Source: Octopus vulgaris
Taxonomy: Eukaryota
DNA: 64,000 bases
NCBI GenBank assembly: GCA_951406725.2
Contig: OX597822.1
Span: 80,910,001 to 80,974,000 of the forward strand
Reading direction: 5' to 3'
Below, piece by piece: positions 53,969 through 64,000 of the stretch. How positions within the stretch are numbered: the stretch's first letter is position 1; each line of letters begins with the position of its first letter. The notes below the pieces were generated by a model. That model saw only the letters and a list, made by a program, of their open reading frames with translations. It was not told the DNA's origin and did not search any database. The translations under genes were made by a program, and so were the position numbers.

Positions 53969-54112
53969 AACCTCGTCAAGTACTGGAGGCATTTGTGTAT
54001 GCTAACCCTCGTCAAGTACTGGAAGCATTTGTGTCTACTAATCTTCGTGAAATATTGAAAGCATTTGTGTCTACTAACCCTCGTCAAGTACCGGAGTAAT
54101 TTGTGTCGACTA
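53969..54112 (+). repeat. Minisatellite, ~36-bp unit x4
   Basis: aaccctcgtcaagtactggaagcatttgtgtctact repeated with substitutions. Confidence 0.8.
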
Positions 54113-54204
54113 TGTGTCTGAATTTGTGTAATTCAGTCTGAATATCAAGCAGATATATCTGTATATTGCAGCAATCTGTACTCTGAAAATAGAACCGTAA
54201 AGAA

Positions 54205-54253
<49 letters not shown>

Positions 54254-54566
54254 AACAGAGAAAGAAATATATGTATAAATAGTGAGAGAGAGAGAAAGAA
54301 AAAGAGAGAGAGAAAATATGTGTGAGAGTGAGAGTTTGAGTTTCTGCTTCCTTCTCAGCTAAACCTACTTCCTGCCTGTCTACATCTAATCCACCTTTCA
54401 GCATTTGTGTAAAATGAAAACTGCTGGCCTTATAAACTATAATAAAATATTTAAGATGACAATTATTTTTTAATCGTTGGTGCTGCTGTCGTCCTTACTA
54501 CTGCTGTTGCCGTGTTTAGTTTTTGTTCTGAGTAAACCCAGTGTATACATATTAAGTATTTATCAA

Positions 54567-54775
54567 GGGGAGAACGGGCAGAGTCGTTAGCAGAATCTTT
54601 AGCGGCATTTCTCCCGCCTAAACGTTCAGAGTTCAAATGCTTCCAGGGTCGGCTTTACCTTTCATTCTTTCAGAGTCGATAACGTAAGTACCAGTTGCGT
54701 ATTGGGTGTTGGTGTAATCTACTTATCTCCTCCCTTGAAATAGCTGGCCTTGTGCCAAGATTTTAAACCAATTAT
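54567..54775 (+). mobile_element. SINE family B monomer, diverged
   Basis: gttcaaatgcttccagggtcggctttacctttcattc..taagtaccagttg..ggccttgtgcc. Confidence 0.7.
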
Positions 54776-55518
54776 TAAGTTAAAATATAAAGAATTGTAG
54801 CAGATATTTGCAGCTCCTGCTGCATGGTAACATTGGTACAACTATGTTACATCCGTGAATTTCCTTAGTTGAACTCACAGACATGTCAAATTTATCTTTC
54901 TGATCCACAAAACTATTAATCAGGTACTCAGATCGATTTAATTGATTGATACCGACGCAAAGTATATGGCGTTCTAACTTGATAGAAAATATGTGACAAG
55001 CAAAATTTATCGAGATATTTCTTCGTGCTCCGTAGGTTCTACGGTCAAATCACCCTCAGATCAATCTTATCATTCACGTTTCCGAGGAAAATAAAGTCAA
55101 GGGGCACTCAAGCTCAGAGGTGAATGGAACTACTAGCCACATTCCCGTGACAATTACTGGGTTTGTGTCTAAACTAAGAGCAATTATTAAAGGCGCAGAG
55201 CTGGCAGAATCTTCAGCGTGGGGATTTTACGGTCTGAGTTCAAATAGAAGCGAGGTTATGGCTGACTTTTATGTTTTCAGGTCTGAAGTACTGAATCCGA
55301 TGTAGTCAACACACCCACTTCCTCAAACGTTGATGGTCTTGTAACAAAATTAGAAAGCATCATTATTATCATCATCGGCATTGTTATTAACTATTATGTG
55401 AGATTGCTAGGTCTGTAAAAATAATGATAAATCATATTAAGAACAATGAACTTCATAAAAGAATTCAATGATGAAACTCTCGCATAACAGCATAGAAAAT
55501 TACACACACACACATATG

Positions 55519-55573
<55 letters not shown>

Positions 55574-55845
55574 GGAGGAGGAACAAACGATGATTATTAG
55601 CTGTCAGAAATTTGTTTATTTATATATCAGTCTCCAGTTTTTGTTCCTCATTGGATAAAATTCACTTTATGTGCATGTATGTATATGTGTATGAATGAAT
55701 GGATGCAGGTATATATATTTATGTATATATACATGTATGTTAAATCCGCCTCTCTCTCTCTCTCTCTCTCTGTCTATATATATATATATACATGTACGTC
55801 CGTACACACTAATTTATACCTATATAAATTTATATATGTATGCAA

Positions 55846-55892
<47 letters not shown>

Positions 55893-56064
55893 TGTATGTG
55901 TGTGTTGTGTGTATGCAACAATGTGTATGTGTACATACAAAGTAAACATATATGCATATATATATTATATGTATATGGATGTAGGTATACACATATATTT
56001 ACATACGTATCTACACACAGACATATATATGTGTGTGCATATGTGTATGCATAGATACACACAT

Positions 56065-56109
<45 letters not shown>

Positions 56110-56210
56110 CATACACGTTTTATACATATATATACATATATGAATATATATATATATATATATGTATATATGTGTGTGTATGTATGTGTGTGTATGTATA
56201 TGTATATGTG

Positions 56211-56279
<69 letters not shown>

Positions 56280-56709
56280 TGCCAGCAACCATTGATCTTG
56301 CTGCAGTTTTAAATATGTCCCCAGGGTATAACTCTATTAGATATCAGTTCTCACGTTATCCTATATCTCACTTGATTTTCCATTTAAATTATAATAAACG
56401 CCATTTTATTTCGGTCAGGCGAAAAATTGATTTCTTACAATATTTTACATATATATATATATATATTTATTTTTTACATTATTTATATATTTATTCATTA
56501 ATAATTTGTTTGTTTGTTTGGCGTGTTTTATTTTTATCTTATTGTCGTTATAGTTGTTGGTACTGGTTTTCGTTAACGCTGTCGTTATTATTTTAGTTAT
56601 TGTTTTTCGAATTTGCTGAAAGGTGGATTTGATGTACACGGGTAGGAAGTGGGTTTAGCTGAGAAGGAAATAGAAAATTAAACTTTCTCTCTCTTTCATA
56701 CGCACACTT

Positions 56710-56751
<42 letters not shown>

Positions 56752-56955
56752 CTATCTCTCACTATATATACATATATTTTTTTCTCTCTAGTTCTCTCTT
56801 ATTTTATTTCTTTCTCTCTCTCTCACTCTCTGTCTCTCTCTCTCTCTCACTCTCTCTCTCTCTCTCTCTCTCCCTATCTCTCACTATATATACATATATT
56901 TTTTTCTCTCTAGTTCTCTCTTATTTTATTTCTTTCTCTCTCTCACTCTCTCTCA

Positions 56956-56986
<31 letters not shown>

Positions 56987-57112
56987 TCTCCTCTTTTGCT
57001 TCTGGTACCTTCACGATCTCCTCCACAGCTACCGGTCAGTAACCAAGCTACAACATCTTATACTGCCGCTACCATCACCATTATTCCTTATCACCACATA
57101 AAAAAAAAACGA

Positions 57113-57300
57113 AAGCTGGTACTTCGCCGGTTGCGACGACGAGGGTCCCAGTTGATCCGATTCAACCAAAACATTCTTCTCGTGAAATTAACGTGCAAGT
57201 AGCTGAGCACACCACAGACAGGTTGGGTCTTTGAATTATAACCCATTTTTGCCAACCGACACTCGCTGCAACTTTCACATCAATCCACAGGACTCCTTTC
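57113..57300 (-). mobile_element. SINE family C fragment
   Basis: ccggttgcgacgacgagggtcccagttgatccgat..cgtgaaattaacgtgcaagtagctgagcac. Confidence 0.7.
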
Positions 57301-57397
57301 TCTAACTTGATTTGCAGAAGAAATCAGTAGTGCCGAGTCTGATAACAGCTGAGGTTTCGACGGCGACCGACAGAAACTGATAGTATTCCTATCCTCT

Positions 57398-57798
57398 AAG
57401 GCGGCGAGCTGGCAGAAACGTTAACACGCCGGGCGAAATGCGTAGACGTATTTCGTCTGCCGTTACGTTCTGAGTTCAAATTCCACCGAGATCGACCTTG
57501 CCTTCCATCCTTTCGGGGTCGATTAAATAACTACCAGTTACGCACTGGGGTCGATATAATCGACTTAATCTGTTTATCTATCCTTGTTTGTCTTCCCTGT
57601 GTTTAGCCCCTTGTGGGTAGTAAAGAAATAATTATTTCGTCTCTCTTTACGTTCTGAGTTCAAATTTCACCGAGGTCGACTTTGCCTTTCATCCTGTCGG
57701 GGTCGATAAATTATGTACCAGTTGCGTACAGGGGTCGTTCTAACCGACCGGTCCGCTCACCAAAAACTTCGGCCCTTGTGCCTAGAGTAAAAATGAAT
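57398..57798 (+). mobile_element. SINE family B dimer with ~14-bp TSD
   Basis: tattcct(a/g)tcctct flanks both ends. Confidence 0.88.
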
Positions 57799-59071
57799 AT
57801 TCCTGTCCTCTGCGATACTGGATATGCGGCTAATGCAGCAAAGTTGGCGCTGGTGTCAAAGCACGGCGCGTCCCAGATTAGGCATTTGCCTCCTTCGTAC
57901 AGAAGAGGGTTATTCCGTCAGGGCGCTTAACATCCCCGTGATTAAGACCTCATATGACCCTTCTAATTCATTGGCCGAATTCCTTGACAACTGCTCCACA
58001 TTTGCATATAATTATTATCTTTAGTGGCATATTTTGTGGAATCCTTATCCAATTACTTTCTGCCTGCAAAGTTTACTCATAATGTATTGGGTTCGCTCGG
58101 AGGTGCATCAGAAAATAATTGTATATGATGTCCGCGACTTTCTTAACCAAGCATCTAAACTACTAAATTCGTCCGTAATTATAAAAACACCTCCTCCAAA
58201 TCACAACTGTCTGCTTAAAAAGATGTATGGAGATATTAATTATTGTATTTGCGATTTATTTTTAAAATATCGTAGGTCTACTCGACCAGGGTTAATATGA
58301 AGCTCAACAAAAGGGAAATCAAGAATGAGACAACTGACATCACCAAAACCATATCAAACCACTTACTTTTATGCATATATTAGCTTCAAATTTTAGCACA
58401 AGGCTAGTAATCTGGGAGGAGGAGATTGGATGATTCCACTGACCCCATTCCTCAGCTGGTAGTTTTTGTATTAACCCCGAAGAGATTAAAAGCAGACTCG
58501 ACTTCAGCAACATTTGAACTCAAAACATAAATTCAGAAATGTTGCTATGCATTTTTCCCGAGGCTGTAACAATCCTGCCAACTCGCCGCCTTTTCTTCTA
58601 CAAATATTGTAGTTAGGATGTTGCACTCTAAATTGCCAGGCAGCAGTTTCAATTCCTGGAGCAAGCAATGCGTTGTGCCACTGAACTAACAGTTCATCTC
58701 ACGTTACTCTCTGACCACTTCGACAGTTGGTGTATGGTACACCGTGCACCTGTTCATGCAATGTTGATCTAATATTGAATGAATGAGTATAATGTACAGC
58801 ACATACGTTTGAACACAACGGCAATTTCAGCTCAGCTGCTCCTTATTTTTATCGACTCCGCAACTATAAATGGGAAAGTCATCATCGGTGGAATTTGACG
58901 CCAGAACGTAAAGACGGACGAAATATCACTTAGCATTTTACCCGGCGGGCTAAAGAATGTCAGCTCAACTTATACATATATACACGCTGCATACATAAAT
59001 GCATGTATACATACATACACACATACATACATGCATGCATACACACATACATACATACATACATACATACA

Positions 59072-59104
<33 letters not shown>

Positions 59105-59105
59105 G

Positions 59106-59861
<756 letters not shown>

Positions 59862-59873
59862 CATACATACATA

Positions 59874-59905
<32 letters not shown>

Positions 59906-59956
59906 CATACATACAAATATATATACATATATATATGTACCTATATTTATATATCT

Positions 59957-60021
<65 letters not shown>

Positions 60022-60359
60022 CAAATAAAAATTGGTGCAGATAATCAATAGACAAACATCAGTCTGTAAACATTCATTTAGATCTATTTATTAATTAATT
60101 ATAATCATATGTATAAGTAATAAAAAAAAATATAATCGATATTTTTAGATTGATTATCTTCTCCATTTTCTCCCTGCCTTATAAATTCTGGGTAAATTTT
60201 TGTTTACCCCCACTGATACCTATTATTCAATTGTGTTCTTGCCATGTAGCAGTAAGCATTTGGATATAAATACGTAGGTATACATCCACTAGTATATTGG
60301 GTATTTATTTTCCCTTAGATGGTTGTTTACCTTCTAACTCATATATATATATGTATATA

Positions 60360-60780
60360 ATATAATTATGTTCTTTAATAGGCAACGTTAACTGCTGTAC
60401 ATTATTTTCTGCAGAATTTGTTTCCGGAATTTAGCACGCCAGAACACAGACATTTGAAATTAACCCCAATGTAAACGGTAGAACTAAGCACGTGTCTGGT
60501 TTTATACAGAAAACTGGTAGTTAGTTTTACAAATTATATTGTTTTTGGAACGATCGTACTGATGAATCTACGGACGAAGGATTACGTAAGTAATTTATTC
60601 GGTAATAGACGAAACCAGTATACGATTAATTCTTGATTTTTATATAATTTTCATCTGTCTTGCCAGCCTATATTCTGGTGTTCGCTGAATTTTCTCTAGA
60701 GAACATTTTTTCTTTGTAGTTTGATCGTATGTGATCTATTTCTAGCATATGGCTGTCCACATTGTGGTTTTTAGCCCTAA
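60360..60780 (+). mobile_element. HHR-bearing non-coding element (long-stem-II family); ribozyme at 60552-60627
   Basis: atcgta-CTGATGA-atcta...tagac-GAAA-ccag-TA-tacgat; colinear with the 29.1 and 29.7 kb copies. Confidence 0.8.
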
Positions 60781-60794
60781 ATATACACACGTAT

Positions 60795-60836
<42 letters not shown>

Positions 60837-60843
<7 letters not shown>

Positions 60844-60995
60844 TTGTATCGAGTTATGAAACATTAACATGAACAAGTTGAGACACTTTGGTAGGTACCT
60901 ATGTATTATCTTTGAGAGTAGTGATGGTAGGACTTGATTTCTGCAAATCAGCTGTCATCGAATCTCACGACGTTCTGTAAAATCTTTAACATGTC

Positions 60996-61040
<45 letters not shown>

Positions 61041-61226
61041 GGACATGTTAAAGATTTTACAAGAACAGTCGTGAGATTCCGATGACAGCCTGAGGTTATT
61101 TAGGAGTCAGAAACATCCAAGTCACTACCAACTACTCTCCAAATGAACATAGGTACACTACCAAAAGTGTCTTCTAATTCTTCAGTTTCATGTTAAATTG
61201 TTTCATAACTCGATACAAAACAAATA
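60837..61226. repeat. Imperfect palindrome centred on (TA)n
   Basis: tgttttgtatcgagttatgaaaca...taaaatctttaacatgtc (TA)n gacatgttaaagattttac...tgtttcataactcgatacaaaaca. Confidence 0.9.
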
Positions 61227-61249
61227 TTTCTATATATGTTGCAAAAGGC

Positions 61250-61445
61250 AACGTGCTGGGAGAATCGTTAGCACGCTGAGTTAAATGCTTAGCGGTATGC
61301 CGTCCATCCATATGTTCTGAGTTCAAATATCGTCGAAGCTAACTGTGCCTTTCATCTTTCGTGATCGATATAATAAGCACCAGTTGGGTACTGGGGTCAG
61401 TGTAGTCAACGTCTCTGAAATTGGTGGTCTTGTGCCAAGATTTTA
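61250..61445 (+). mobile_element. SINE family B monomer, diverged
   Basis: gaatcgttagcacgc..gttctgagttcaaat..gcctttcatctttcgtgatcgata. Confidence 0.7.
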
Positions 61446-62461
61446 CGTCAGTATATGTATTATTTGTTATACAAGTCATAAACCAGCACCAATAATATGC
61501 CACCAGCTGTCGCAACCCTAACAGCATTTCCACACCACCAAACCATAATTTTTTCTCAATTATCACAGAAATTATCGACAGTAAAGCAGAAAATTTCTCT
61601 CACAACAAATCACAAATCCTACACAAAACGCTAACGTTTTACCCGACGTTACTATCACTCCACCATACCACTGCGGAGTAACTACCACCGCAATCACCAA
61701 CACCACTACAGTCGCTGCTACCGCCACGGTTCAAAAGGAAACTGTAACATTTTCCAGACAGTGTGATAATCATAATCAATTTGAGAAGTTTCCCAGCTTA
61801 GAATATTCACAGGAAAAAAATCATTTCCACAAAAAATATAGATACAAAGATAAAAGTAATATGAAAAATATATATTGAAGAACGTCAATATAGATTCTGT
61901 GGAATATTCCAGATAAATAATTAATATTTTATTTATTCTAATATATCACTGTTTTTTATTTAATATACATTTTTTTGCTTGCCGTATATACGTACACACA
62001 CACACATATATATGTATATATATATATATATATATATGCACACACATATATATGTATACATATATATATAGATATATACATATATATATATATACAAACA
62101 TATATATGTATGTGTGAGGGTGCGTGTGTGTGTGTAGAGATATATGTGCATATGTTTATAGATCTTCTTTATTCCTTTTGTGGTCCCAGACATTGGACTG
62201 GAGGCATCGTGCGTCACCATCTGTAGGATTTTAAATCATTCACACGCATCAACACCTATATATATATATATATATACATTTATATATATGTCAGTCTGAT
62301 GATTATTTTAACAAAATCTATTTATCGAACCTCCAGTTAAGGGGCAGTAAAGCGGTACACAAAGAAATTAAAAATTGGTATACAGTATAAATCCCGGCGC
62401 CCAAACACATACACCCTCACACAATCACTGCCAAATATATATATATATATATATATATTTT

Positions 62462-62658
62462 ATTTATTATATAGAAGGAGCTTCTACAGGACTAGTACTG
62501 TTTCATTCAAGAGAAATCTTCAGGAAGCTTCTGAAGATTTCTCTTGAATGAAACAGTACTAGTCCTGTAGAAGCTCCTTCTATATAATAAATTAATTTTA
62601 CTCTGCTATGTATTGAGTACCTTACTTACTGTGGTTAACCCCGAATCAACCCGGGACC

Positions 62659-62660
<2 letters not shown>
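62462..62660. mobile_element. (TA)n-embedded inverted pseudo-LTR: 62-bp hairpin with a hammerhead on each strand
   Basis: Arms 62462-62523 / 62531-62592; minus strand agcttc-CTGAAGA-tttc(tctt)gaat-GAAA-cag(tactagtc)ctg-TA-gaagct. Confidence 0.8.
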
Positions 62661-62730
<70 letters not shown>

Positions 62731-62746
62731 TGTGTATGCATGTATA

Positions 62747-62786
<40 letters not shown>

Positions 62787-62999
62787 TAAATGCATACATC
62801 ATACATACATGCATATATTTGTGTATTTGTGTGTGTGTGTGTGTGTGTGTGTGTTTGTGCTGTAGTGTGTTCGTGTGTAGGCTAAAGCTGACAGTTTGCA
62901 TACAAAGAAAAGAAAACAGAATCTCTCATCTCAAATTAGAAGTCTTTTCAAAAAAGTTTTTTAAAAAAGTATCAACTAGATCATGGCTGGGAAATAACA

Positions 63000-63085
63000 G
63001 TTTACTCAACGTGGCCGCTCTCAGCTTCCACCACGGCCTCAACACGGTTCGGGACCCTGGCGCATAAGTTTTCCACTGTGCAAAT
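63000..63085 (-). pseudogene. Tc1/mariner transposase C-terminal remnant
   Basis: NLCARVPNRVEAVVEAESGHVE*. Confidence 0.6.
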
Positions 63086-63725
63086 ATATATATATATATA
63101 TGATATTAGTGTGTCGGCCTTGTGTTGCAGGCGGAGCGGTTTGTATCTTTCTCGGCGTATTCCACACATGTTAATAAATGTTATTACAATCCAGGAATTA
63201 TGAGGCCAATTCTGACTCTTTATGGAGCTGAATCTTGCAGCCACACATTAGGCTTTCCACATGCAAACTTCAGCTGCTGGGGATCGACTGAACTGAGACT
63301 GAGACCCTGTTCAAACATGTGGGTTGGCATGACGTCACCTGCCTCTGCAGAAATACACAAAGTCCATCACAGTTTGGGAAACTCAGATTTCCTAATATCT
63401 ATGTCACGTCTTACGGTCTATGCAGTGTTCACAGATGTTTGAGCAGCAGGCATGGTGTGAGTAATGTCATACCCGACGTCACGGGTAACACTTCCAGAAG
63501 ATTCCATTCCTCCATGTCCGCTAACGTTTTCTCAACTACTGCTTTAATCGATGTGTTCGCCAACGCTATTGACAGCTCACCAATACATCAAGTTGTTCCT
63601 GAAAAAAAAGAAAATAAAAAATTACCCAAGTTGGTCCGAATACCCTATATGTGTATTCATATATATATACACGCACACATACTCACACACACTCACACAC
63701 ACACATATATATATATATATGTATT

Positions 63726-63791
<66 letters not shown>

Positions 63792-63794
<3 letters not shown>

Positions 63795-64000
63795 TAAATT
63801 GTTCAAAAGACCTCAATAAATCAAAATCTGGTGCTGTTACGTCTGGTGAGTGAGGAGGGCATGGCAAAGCTGCTATTCCAATGAATTTAACTTCCCTTGT
63901 CTTATCTTTTCAGAATGTAATTGAATTATCATAATCCAAGTTGTCTCCCTTTCAGTTGACTAGAGCTCTTTTTTTCCGTCTGCATTTTTCGTGGGGGTTA
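63792..64000 (-). pseudogene. Mariner transposase fragment
   Basis: [23 protein letters not shown], a degenerate HPPYSPDLAPSDFHLFRSL motif. Confidence 0.75.

Noticed and set aside
53969-54112. 36-bp repeats of CRISPR-like length
   Set aside because: Head-to-tail with no unique spacers, eukaryotic context, no cas genes.

Overview
AT-rich, microsatellite-dense animal genomic DNA. The SINE repertoire suggests an octopus/coleoid cephalopod (inference from repeat recognition, not a database search). No complete host gene can be called. Nearly all listed ORFs are artefacts of (TA)n/(CA)n/(TAGA)n/(TAA)n tracts. Recognisable content: three tRNA-derived SINE families (several copies with target-site duplications), a decayed Penelope-like element (PLE; RT + GIY-YIG) at ~24.1-26.9 kb, further PLE, R4/Dong, L1-Tx1 and RTE LINE fragments, and Tc1/mariner and pogo-like remnants. 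One candidate host exon lies at ~48.6-48.7 kb. The most striking hidden layer is about a dozen type I hammerhead ribozyme (HHR) motifs, folded by eye, mostly in short non-coding elements next to (TA)n. A diverged family of ~500-nt non-coding units (29.1, 29.7, 30.85-31.58, 44.8-45.6, 60.4 kb) carries HHRs with a long stem II and covarying stems. One copy is a perfect partial tandem with two HHRs 493 nt apart, and another is a circularly permuted inverted pair. This is the architecture expected of a retrozyme-like/circular-RNA retroelement mobilised by PLEs. Several fold-back palindromes centred on or beside (TA)n are also present; at least one may be a long-read assembly artefact. Coordinates of degraded repeats are approximate.
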